Below, one piece after another: positions 9,615 through 18,024 of a DNA stretch of 64,000 nucleotides. Position 1 is the first letter of the stretch. The number at the start of each line of letters is the position of its first letter. The position numbers were made by a program, and so were the translations under genes. The DNA lies in assembly GCA_030424665.1 (NCBI GenBank), contig JAUHWN010000001.1, positions 55,223-119,222 of the forward strand. Direction: 5' to 3'. The notes beneath the pieces were generated by a model. It was given only the letters and a program-made list of their open reading frames with translations, had not been told where the DNA came from and ran no database searches. This DNA comes from Bdellovibrionia bacterium. GTDB lineage: Bacteria; Bdellovibrionota; Bdellovibrionia; Bdellovibrionales; JAGQZY01.

Positions 9615-10484
9615 ATGATAAAGAAAAAAGTAAACACTGAAATTCAAGACATTCTGAGAGAAAAAGTTACTAATTACTCAGAAGTTTCCGGTGGAAGTAT
9701 TTCTGAAACCTATTGTATCGAGTGTGAATCCGGAGCCTCTTATTTTCTAAAGATTGCCCCCACTGAACTCCTTAGAGCAGAAGCAATGGGCCTCTTTGAA
9801 ATTCAAAAGTCACAAACTATAGCCACTCCTCAAATTGTAGCGGAAGGCGATCAATTCTTAATTCTCGAATATATCGGTGAAAGCGCTTCGCAGTCCATTT
9901 TCTGGCTAAGACTTGGCAAAGAGCTTGCCGAAATGCATAAGACGACTTCAAGTAGCTTCGGCTACCTAGAAAATAATTTCATCGGAACAAGTCGACAGGT
10001 CAATCAGCCCCTCGTTCCTTTTAATGATTCGAGTTCTGATTGGATTGATTTTTATTGGACCTATCGACTCCTATTTCAGTACAAAGAACTTGAAAAGAAT
10101 GGGCTTCTCAACCAAGAGTTTAAAAAATCCTTTTCAAAACTTGAAAAATCTATCGACAAAATTCTTGCACACTCAGAGGAGCCACCTTCACTTCTCCATG
10201 GAGATCTCTGGAATGGAAATATTCTATGTGGGCCCTCGAGTACCCCTTTTCTGATTGATCCTGCCGTTTATTATGGTCACAGAGAGTCCGATATCGCCAT
10301 GACTCAGCTTTTTGGCAGCTTTCCAATAGAGTTTTATGAATCATACATGGAAGCCTTTCCTTTGCCCCCTGGTTGGCAGAATAGAATGGGCATATACCAA
10401 CTCTACCATTTAATGAATCACTGGAATATGTTTGGCCAATCCTATGCGACTTCATCTCAAAGGTGTGTTGATAGCTACATTTAA
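9615..10484 (+). CDS. fructosamine/ketosamine kinase family protein
   Basis: 289 aa. LLHGDLWNGN catalytic loop and IDPAVYYGHRESDIAMT. Confidence 0.85.
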   Translation: MIKKKVNTEIQDILREKVTNYSEVSGGSISETYCIECESGASYFLKIAPTELLRAEAMGLFEIQKSQTIATPQIVAEGDQFLILEYIGESASQSIFWLRLGKELAEMHKTTSSSFGYLENNFIGTSRQVNQPLVPFNDSSSDWIDFYWTYRLLFQYKELEKNGLLNQEFKKSFSKLEKSIDKILAHSEEPPSLLHGDLWNGNILCGPSSTPFLIDPAVYYGHRESDIAMTQLFGSFPIEFYESYMEAFPLPPGWQNRMGIYQLYHLMNHWNMFGQSYATSSQRCVDSYI

Positions 10485-10537
10485 AAAAGCCTTTTGCCTC
10501 TCAGAAATCTCTGATACTAATTGAGACAGGAGTCTCA

Positions 10538-10927
10538 ATGGCTGAATACGCTGAAAGAACCGATAATATCGAAATCAAAGTCGAGCCCTTTTACGTCCCC
10601 GAACAATCTTCTCCAGAGAGCGATTATTATTTTTTCGCCTATAAAGTGACGATCATGAACCACGGTCAATCTCCGATGCAGCTGACCCATCGCCACTGGA
10701 TCATTGTCGACGGAAAAAGGCGAGTTCAAGAGGTTCGAGGAGAGGGAGTCGTTGGTGTACAACCAACAATAAAGCCTGGTGACAGTTTTGAATACTCAAG
10801 CTTCTGTCCTCTACCAACTCCTACGGGGAACATGCGTGGAAGCTATGACATGCTCAATGAAAATGGCGAAAAGGTCTCCGTAAATATTCCCGTTTTTTTC
10901 TTAAGAGATCTCAAGCACGATCAGTAA
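10538..10927 (+). CDS. apaG: ApaG protein
   Basis: 129 aa. FAYKVTIMNHG...L.HRHWIIVDG..RVQEVRGEGVVGVQP.IKPG.SFEYSS matches the ApaG/DUF525 signature. Confidence 0.9.
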   Translation: MAEYAERTDNIEIKVEPFYVPEQSSPESDYYFFAYKVTIMNHGQSPMQLTHRHWIIVDGKRRVQEVRGEGVVGVQPTIKPGDSFEYSSFCPLPTPTGNMRGSYDMLNENGEKVSVNIPVFFLRDLKHDQ

Positions 10928-10940
10928 TTTTTAGAATGAC

Positions 10941-12527
10941 CTATTTCGACTGACTATACGAGTCCCGAATCATTTCTTCGATTAATTTTTTGGGTTGATC
11001 AACAAGAGCTTCATCAAACATAAATTCGCTTTGACCAGAATTTTGTTTTATAAGACTAAGACCGTGCTCATACCCTGTAAAACACTCTCGTAAGAAATCA
11101 CCAACTTCTTTTCCTTGGGCTCTTGATTCAGCGATAAGTTTTTCAACGGCCTCTTCGGTAAAATCGATTCTAATTCCGTGTTTAGATTTAAATTCGATAC
11201 CAAATCCTCTGATTTGCTCGTACTTAGTTAGTTTATCGAGATAGTCTTTATCATTGAGAAGCCGGTCGAGTTCTTTACTCGGATCTGCAATTACCTCTTT
11301 ACTAACTATGAACTTTTTGAGGTCCAATGATGGAAGTTCAAATTTATAGTCGCGAAGAGCTCGTTCAGCCACAGTCATCAATGCTCTCGCTCCCGTCTTT
11401 TCTTTTGCGGCTTGGTCGGCAATCTCTTGCAAGGCTTCATCTTCAAATCTCAATGTAATTCCATAGGATTTAAATGACCTTCTGTACTGCTTTATAATCG
11501 ACCCTTCTGATTCTGTTAAAACCTTAAAAAGATCTTTATTTGTTAGATGTTCACAAGAAACTCGTACCGGTAGACGACCAATAAACTCTGGCTCAAAACC
11601 AAATTTTATAAAATCCTCAGTCGCTGCGGAATGGAGAAGCTGATCAGCCTCTAACTCCCCTTCACCTTTAACTTCAGAATTGATACCAATCTTCCTATGA
11701 TCTCTCCGGTCTTTAATAATGTCTAAGATTCCTGTAAAGGCACCACTTACAATAAAAAGTATATGACGAGTGTTTATAACTTTGTCTTCGACTTTTCCTT
11801 TTTGCTGGAACTCCATAAAACTCTGAATTTGAGAACCAATGTCGTGTGCAGATTTCAAATCAACTTCAGTTTCCTCCATGAGTTTAAGAAGTCCAAACTG
11901 AACACCCCGGCCACTCACATCTCGCCCCCCAAGATTAGGAGGAGCCGCTAGCTTATCAGCCTCATCGATGTAAACGATACCAAATTGTGCCGCCTCAATA
12001 TCACCACCTGACTGGCGAACTAAATCTTTAACAAGGTCTTCGACATTGGCTCCGACGTACCCAGTTTCAGTAAACCGAGTGGCATCGGCTTTTACAAAAG
12101 GGACTCCCAACATCTGTGCAATGAGCTTCACTAAGTAGGTTTTACCCACACCCGTTGGACCCATTAATAGCACATTTTGTTTTGAATAATCCTCTTCGCG
12201 AAGCTCAGGATGATCCATACACTCTTTAACATGGTTGTAGTGATCACAAACAGCGATAGCCAAAGCCTTTTTCGCTTCATCCTGCTTAATCACATAGCGG
12301 TCCAAATAGGACTTAATATCTTTAGGCTTAAGGTCAAAGTTAGGGTCAAATTTTTTGGCTGGCTCTACTGGCTCTTCGACAGCGGCCTCCTCCTGAGGGT
12401 TACCGCCAAGTCCGGGTCCAAATCCCATGAATTTTATACCAGATCCGTATTTCCCCTTGATCAAGTTTTCAATATCGTTCTTTATTTCATCAGGAGAAGG
12501 AATCTTTTCTTCTTTCTTATCACTCAT
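10941..12527 (-). CDS. ClpX-like AAA+ ATPase lacking the N-terminal zinc-binding domain, with C-terminal extension
   Basis: 528 aa. YLDRYVIKQDEAKKALAIAV, Walker A GPTGVGKT, Walker B VYIDEADK, sensor region EFIGRLPV and KTGARAL. No CxxC zinc-binding domain. An IGI tripeptide sits where ClpX has IGF. Confidence 0.85.
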   Translation of the reverse strand: MSDKKEEKIPSPDEIKNDIENLIKGKYGSGIKFMGFGPGLGGNPQEEAAVEEPVEPAKKFDPNFDLKPKDIKSYLDRYVIKQDEAKKALAIAVCDHYNHVKECMDHPELREEDYSKQNVLLMGPTGVGKTYLVKLIAQMLGVPFVKADATRFTETGYVGANVEDLVKDLVRQSGGDIEAAQFGIVYIDEADKLAAPPNLGGRDVSGRGVQFGLLKLMEETEVDLKSAHDIGSQIQSFMEFQQKGKVEDKVINTRHILFIVSGAFTGILDIIKDRRDHRKIGINSEVKGEGELEADQLLHSAATEDFIKFGFEPEFIGRLPVRVSCEHLTNKDLFKVLTESEGSIIKQYRRSFKSYGITLRFEDEALQEIADQAAKEKTGARALMTVAERALRDYKFELPSLDLKKFIVSKEVIADPSKELDRLLNDKDYLDKLTKYEQIRGFGIEFKSKHGIRIDFTEEAVEKLIAESRAQGKEVGDFLRECFTGYEHGLSLIKQNSGQSEFMFDEALVDQPKKLIEEMIRDSYSQSK

Positions 12528-12569
12528 AATTGAAATCTCCAGAGTATTTCGCTAGAACAGAAAAGAACT

Positions 12570-13487
12570 ATGTTTCACGACTACGCGAATTTTATCCCAG
12601 ACTATTCAAAGTTTCTTTCTACTATAAAAGAGAAGCTACCAACTACCGGATGGTTCAATCCTGACCTTATTTCTCGACGCCAATTAGAGGAGTTCTTCAA
12701 TAATCATAGAATTGAGTATCGCTTTCTCAAGTGGAACAATGAGGCTTTTTTCTTTAAAAGCAAGGTCTCCCTCGGAGTTTCTTTGCCCTATGCTCTGGGC
12801 CAAATACATCTCCAAGAGGAGGTTTCAATGATACCTGGCTTTATCGCTAAGTCACTGAAACCACGAATAGTTTTAGATATGTGCTCTTCTCCAGGAAATA
12901 AAGCGGCACAAATAGGGATTCAACTTAAAGAAAATAATTCTTACATAATTGCAAATGAACCACGCCTTCCTCGCCACAGCCAACTAAAATCGAATCTGCA
13001 AAGAATGGGGGTCTCTAATGCAATCTATACGAAGTATGATGGCGCTTCATTTCCTGTACTTGAGGAAAAAGTCGATTTAGTCTACGCCGACGTCCCCTGT
13101 AGCTGTGAAGGAACGAGCCGAAAAAATAAAATTAAAAAGATTTCATCAAAAGAACTCGAAAAACTTTGTAATACTCAACTAGCCATTTTGAAACGTGGCT
13201 TTGCAAACCTAAAACCGAATGGCCACATCATATATTCTACTTGTACCTATAACCCTTTGGAAAATGAGTTGATTATTGATCAGTTTTTGAAGTCAGAAAT
13301 TGGAGACCAGGTCGAAATTCTACCCATCGAGATAAAAGGACTAGAATACTCTCCTGGAATCACATCCTATAAATCTAGAGACTTTTCTCAAGAGGTAAAG
13401 AAGTCGATTCGTATCTGGCCCCATCAAAATGATTCTGGTGGATTCTTCATTACTTTAATTCGCAGGAGACCGAATGGAGACACTTGA
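12570..13487 (+). CDS. 16S rRNA m5C methyltransferase, RsmB/RsmF (NOL1/NOP2/Sun) family catalytic domain
   Basis: 305 aa. SAM site LDMCSSPGNKAAQ, catalytic DVPCSCEGTSRKN and IIYSTCTYNPLENE. Confidence 0.85.
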   Translation: MFHDYANFIPDYSKFLSTIKEKLPTTGWFNPDLISRRQLEEFFNNHRIEYRFLKWNNEAFFFKSKVSLGVSLPYALGQIHLQEEVSMIPGFIAKSLKPRIVLDMCSSPGNKAAQIGIQLKENNSYIIANEPRLPRHSQLKSNLQRMGVSNAIYTKYDGASFPVLEEKVDLVYADVPCSCEGTSRKNKIKKISSKELEKLCNTQLAILKRGFANLKPNGHIIYSTCTYNPLENELIIDQFLKSEIGDQVEILPIEIKGLEYSPGITSYKSRDFSQEVKKSIRIWPHQNDSGGFFITLIRRRPNGDT

Positions 13488-13938
13488 TCCATTTAGTAAT
13501 CAACGAATTCAAAATTTGATCGATCGATACCAAATTCTAACTGAATTTTTTGATAACTACCATCTCATTCGATTCAATACGACTTACATTCATCTGGTAT
13601 CGAAGCAAATTCGTTTTGATAGTCGCTTAAAGGTTCACACGGCCGGCGTTGCCCTTTTCAAAGATCGACAAAATGTACCCAAAATTATGACAAGTGCAGC
13701 TCCGTGTTTTACAGGCTATGCGCGGCAACACATTTTAAAAGTCGGCGACAAGGATATTGAAGACTATACTCGTGGCAATGAGCTCCAAATAAAACCGGAC
13801 TCTAAATTCGAGAGCGGTTATCTTTTAGTAGAATATCAAAATCGAATCATAGGGTCTGCTCTTTTACGAAGAACAGAAAACGGAACTACCATTGAAAGCC
13901 AGTGGCCCAAACAATACAGAAACATTCAATTATTCTGA
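13474..13938 (+). CDS. RsmF C-terminal (PUA-like) domain protein, encoded separately
   Basis: 154 aa. Overlaps the methyltransferase ORF by 14 nt in another frame. The layout (IHLVS...V..AG..L.......GYLLVEY.N..IG.A) resembles the RsmF/YebU C-terminal domains. Confidence 0.5.
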   Translation: METLDPFSNQRIQNLIDRYQILTEFFDNYHLIRFNTTYIHLVSKQIRFDSRLKVHTAGVALFKDRQNVPKIMTSAAPCFTGYARQHILKVGDKDIEDYTRGNELQIKPDSKFESGYLLVEYQNRIIGSALLRRTENGTTIESQWPKQYRNIQLF

Positions 13939-13968
13939 TTCCTTTTAATTAAATTTTTGAGACAAGAC

Positions 13969-14961
13969 TTAATGGGTAGTCAGACCTAGAAACGCGGCAC
14001 CGAGAACTCCTGCAGATCCACCTTTCTCTGCCTTTTTAATCGCAAAACTATCGAGCTTCAAAAAGGTATTTTCCTGAACAGCTTCTTTGAGTCCAGTATA
14101 AATTTCATCTTCCTCACTCAAACCACCCCCTAAAACAATCAGGTGTGGATCTAAAACCGTAGCAATATTCCCCAAAAATTCAGCAAGATGGCTCTTATAA
14201 ATTTCAATTGTTTTTTTAGCGCTGACATTTCCCTTTTTTGCTTGCTCAAATATTTCAGGTCCATCAAGAGCTTCAGAACTAACAGCGATCTCCTGGTAGG
14301 TTTTTTCAAAGCCTGTTCCAGAAACATAGTTTTCGGCACAACCGCTTTTTCCGCAGTAACAACTCCGTCCACCATTTACGAGGGCTACATGACCAATTTC
14401 AGTCCCGCCACCATGGGCACCCCTCAAAAGATTTCCTTGGCTAATATAACCTCCCCCACACCCGGTTCCGAGAATGACCCCTAGGGTAGACAAAGAACTC
14501 AGCGAAACCTTGGTTTCATCGGTATAAGAGAGTCCGGCACCAGAGTAATGTTCTGCCAAAGCAAAGCAATTCGCATCGTTTTCTATAAGGACTTTTACAC
14601 TCGATCCAAGGCGTGCCTTAAAGTCTCTGATTATGTCTTGGCCTGCAAAACTATTTGTGTTTCCCAATAAAAATTCATTGGTCTGAGGGTTAACGGTACC
14701 AGGTAAGCCGATCCCTAAAGACTCTAGTGACTCCATACCCTTTGAATTCTTATTCAATAAACTTTTTAGAAATTGACAGGTTCTTTCTAAAATAGATTCA
14801 TACCCATGATCGCGATGGGTCTCTATTCTGTCACGTTCTAGGATCTGGTAGTTCTTTAACTCGCCCGTTGGCAACTTCAATTTTTCACTACCTCTAGAGA
14901 TCATTTCGATTAAAACAACCTCTACTTTCGTTCCTCCGATATCGATACCTGCTAATAACAT
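13969..14961 (-). CDS. ROK-family sugar kinase (glucokinase / N-acetylglucosamine kinase-like)
   Basis: 330 aa. GIDIGGTK, ENDANCFALAE, GTGCGGG, zinc motif CYCGKSGCAENYVSG. Confidence 0.85.
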   Translation of the reverse strand: MLLAGIDIGGTKVEVVLIEMISRGSEKLKLPTGELKNYQILERDRIETHRDHGYESILERTCQFLKSLLNKNSKGMESLESLGIGLPGTVNPQTNEFLLGNTNSFAGQDIIRDFKARLGSSVKVLIENDANCFALAEHYSGAGLSYTDETKVSLSSLSTLGVILGTGCGGGYISQGNLLRGAHGGGTEIGHVALVNGGRSCYCGKSGCAENYVSGTGFEKTYQEIAVSSEALDGPEIFEQAKKGNVSAKKTIEIYKSHLAEFLGNIATVLDPHLIVLGGGLSEEDEIYTGLKEAVQENTFLKLDSFAIKKAEKGGSAGVLGAAFLGLTTH

Positions 14962-15409
14962 GCAAACTCCTATGTCCTAATTTTAATACGTAGATCAGAA
15001 CTGTCATCCCCTAGCCCCATAAGATTTTATTTGGTTTCGAAATCATCCATTTCGACTAAGAAATTGTCTTTTCGCGTCCAAAATCAAAGACAATTTCTCT
15101 GTTAAATGCGTAAAAAAGGCTCTTTGACACTGTTTAGCTAAATTTTTTTCCGAGCCAATTTCGGGAACATCGATTACAAAAATTTACCTTTATGTATAAA
15201 AATCTCTTATACTTAGAGCTTCAAATCAATTTTATGAAGAGATGGCGTGGAAGCCTGCGTAAATGTAATCAGATTTTTACGAGCAATTTTTGTCCATAAG
15301 AAATAGCTATGGTCCAGATAAAATCATTCGATTTCCATAAGTTTGGGGTGGTTGATATGACTTTGATCAACCCAGGGAGAAATAATTCTCCCGAAGAAAG
15401 GAGCTAAAA

Positions 15410-15664
15410 GTGAATTTCTTAGAAAGAGTTCTTAGGAATATTCTTCAAAAGGAAATCGAAGATATTTTAAGAACTCTTTCGACTTTTAAAATTGGAAGAA
15501 ACCTTGAGACTACTGACGGCCAAAAGCTGTTCGTCTCGTTCGGGGAACAAGAGATGGTTCGATTCACTTCGGTGAAATCAGTAGCCTCAAGGAAGAATAT
15601 AAATAATAGAGCCGTCCCAGTGCCAACCTTTTTAACCTATCAACTTTCCCGCCCCAGTTGCTAG
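15410..15664 (+). CDS. hypothetical small protein (uncertain)
   Basis: 84-aa ORF with GTG start preceded by AAAGGAG at a good distance. No recognisable family. Lies in an otherwise long non-coding gap. Confidence 0.3.
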   Translation: MNFLERVLRNILQKEIEDILRTLSTFKIGRNLETTDGQKLFVSFGEQEMVRFTSVKSVASRKNINNRAVPVPTFLTYQLSRPSC

Positions 15665-15730
15665 CAAGGATGCTAGTACCCTAAGCGAGATTCAAGGGCC
15701 CGAACGCCACGAATCTTCCTGCCTTCGGCT

Positions 15731-15765
15731 AAAAAACCCAGGGCTCCTGGTTACCCCAGGAGCCC
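15731..15765 (-). terminator. Rho-independent terminator of 15807..17165
   Basis: Perfect 10-bp GC-rich stem GGGCTCCTGG / CCAGGAGCCC (15741-15750 / 15756-15765), followed on the minus strand by T6 (15731-15736). Confidence 0.7.
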
Positions 15766-15806
15766 TTCGTATTTTAAAGCACAAATTTTATAAATTACTA
15801 AAAGTA

Positions 15807-17165
15807 TTATTCTTCGGTAGAAGCCGTCGAACGACCGGCTTTAGAATCAGAGGACTCCTCTTCAAGCATCGCAATGGCACTTTCTAACTTGATCGTCGGA
15901 ATAAACCGGCTGGCCTCTGACAACACCTCTTGCTTTTGAGCAATTGGCAATCGATCTAATTCTAGTCCATAAAGTAAGTTAGCCAGTACCTCCTCGACAT
16001 TTTCGAAATCTTTATTCGCTCTGATCAGCATAGCTCTTGATAAGCTATTGTATTTGACAAGATGTTTATAAAGAAAGCGAAGCTCAAATATGTCGTTACC
16101 ATTTCGATAATACAAAGGAATTCCTTGGTCTGCGAAACTATCAACCTCTCTCGGTCGCATGCTTTCGAGCGGAGGTCTTTCACTGACCCCCATCTTATCT
16201 CCTAAGCCAAACATAAAATCACGGCTGTAGAACCTAACAAGGAGACGAGATTTGATATTCCCCCACTGCTTTGAGTTCCCTACTTCGAATTCTCCTGTAA
16301 TTTGCTCGATTGAAGGTAAAGTTTCGATATAGAGATAAGGTCGAAATTCATTAAATGTTAGACTAAAACTAGAGTCTCTCATTTTAAAAGTCATGCGCCC
16401 ATCATCAAGGCTAATCTGTGTAAAGTCTTTGTCGCTTATAGGTAGACCGCCGTAAATGCGAAATTTGATTTCTCTTTTCAACATTCCTAATAGTGGTTTT
16501 TTAAAGTACCCATCAATACCTTTCGGGCCAGCCTGAATTTCCAAATCCTCATCGACGTAAATGTCCAAACCATAGGCGTCAATGTGGGATGAAACAACAC
16601 TAAAATTCTTGATATAGATAGATCGTTCAACAAATTCCATACCTTCAAATAAAAGTTCAGCAGTTCTAGCGGCAAGCTTTTCGGAATCATAAATGTCTGA
16701 AGATTTAACTAAAAATTTTCGAACATTCAAATTAGCCGGTATATACGAAACTATGGTTTCAAATGTTTTAAAAGCCGAATTCACGGATTTCATGTTAATA
16801 TCAGAATAGCTGACATCAGAGAATGAAGATTTTTTAAAGTGAAAGTTGGCTTTCTCAACTACGAGGCTTTCCAGTGACCAGTCGTCTGAATCCATTAAAT
16901 TAAATACGTTGTCATATTTAACTTCACCACTGATGAACTCGAACTTGTGGTTTTGCGATTCGAAAGTAATCTTGCCAAAGCTAAATCCCTCACCGAGAGT
17001 TCCGTTTACATTTTCAAGTGTAAAGTGGTCCGATTGGTTTAAGTTATTAACAAGGCTATTAATTCCATAGGAGGTGTAGAGTGCCATGTACCCAAAGACC
17101 AAAAAAGACACGACGGCCAGGCCAGTCACTACCAAAGAACTAATTATCAGAAAACGAGACTTCAT
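15807..17165 (-). CDS. membrane-anchored hypothetical protein
   Basis: 452 aa. Single N-terminal TM/signal anchor (FLIISSLVVTGLAVVSFLVFGYMALY), no recognised domain. Confidence 0.55.
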   Translation of the reverse strand: MKSRFLIISSLVVTGLAVVSFLVFGYMALYTSYGINSLVNNLNQSDHFTLENVNGTLGEGFSFGKITFESQNHKFEFISGEVKYDNVFNLMDSDDWSLESLVVEKANFHFKKSSFSDVSYSDINMKSVNSAFKTFETIVSYIPANLNVRKFLVKSSDIYDSEKLAARTAELLFEGMEFVERSIYIKNFSVVSSHIDAYGLDIYVDEDLEIQAGPKGIDGYFKKPLLGMLKREIKFRIYGGLPISDKDFTQISLDDGRMTFKMRDSSFSLTFNEFRPYLYIETLPSIEQITGEFEVGNSKQWGNIKSRLLVRFYSRDFMFGLGDKMGVSERPPLESMRPREVDSFADQGIPLYYRNGNDIFELRFLYKHLVKYNSLSRAMLIRANKDFENVEEVLANLLYGLELDRLPIAQKQEVLSEASRFIPTIKLESAIAMLEEESSDSKAGRSTASTEE

Positions 17166-17256
17166 ACTTAGTTTATCGGATTTTTTAAAGGTCGTACTTA
17201 AGGTATTGTAGGCCTTTTTACAAAGAATTCCGAGGTCTAGTTTCTCAATTTGATAC

Positions 17257-17646
17257 TTATAAACCGTGCTCTAAAGCGGTGGGAAACAAATTCGGATTGG
17301 CCAAACAGGATTCTGCACTTTGAACATAGCCTCGATCAGTCGAAACCTGACACCATTTGGTTTTCCAAAACTTTGTAATATTACATACATCATCGCCTAG
17401 CGAATTAATTTCGATAGCGTCATTTAGGCACTTTTGCACTTCGTAGTCCCCCGAATCGTAAGACTCATAGAGTGTCATGCAAAATGCCATCTTCCAACCC
17501 GATACCGCGTAAGGAACTTCACAATGGGAGTTTTCTACCGAGTAATTGGCTGCCTTGCCGACGGGAAAACTCGCATGAGCGTAGAAAGATACGAAAAAAA
17601 TCGCTGCTATGATAGAAATAGATAGATCATTCCTTGATCGAACCAA
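17257..17646 (-). CDS. small secreted cysteine-containing protein
   Basis: 129 aa. Signal peptide ending AHA, several Cys. TTG start. Confidence 0.45.
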   Translation of the reverse strand: MVRSRNDLSISIIAAIFFVSFYAHASFPVGKAANYSVENSHCEVPYAVSGWKMAFCMTLYESYDSGDYEVQKCLNDAIEINSLGDDVCNITKFWKTKWCQVSTDRGYVQSAESCLANPNLFPTALEHGL

Positions 17647-17868
17647 ATCCCCTCCTGGGATAACTTTGCCTATTAGATTAGCCCAGTTCCCACCAGTCCG
17701 TCGACCTGTTCAATAAATGACCGAACTAAGGTTTATGGACTTTAGTTGTTTTAAAATGAAACAGATTTTAAATTTCTTTGTAATTTCAGGGATCTAAAAA
17801 ATCTCTTACTATCTCTTTTTGTCAGTACTAAAGAATGTGTACTGGGCTAGACTAAGTATATAGGGGCA

Positions 17869-17955
17869 ATGAAAAACGGAGGATACAAAATGTTTCAAAT
17901 GATAGTTTTCTCAATAACACTGTTTTCATTCGCGACTTACTTAATTAATTTTTAA
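17869..17955 (+). CDS. possible 28-aa hydrophobic micro-protein (speculative)
   Basis: ATG ORF MKNGGYKMFQMIVFSITLFSFATYLINF*. Weak AGGGG upstream. An intrinsic terminator lies 80 nt downstream on the same strand. Confidence 0.2.
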   Translation: MKNGGYKMFQMIVFSITLFSFATYLINF

Positions 17956-18024
17956 TTTTGGAGGTTACTCCGCATAACTTCCAAATTTGTTATAAACATA
18001 TGACAACCCTTAAGACATTAATCC

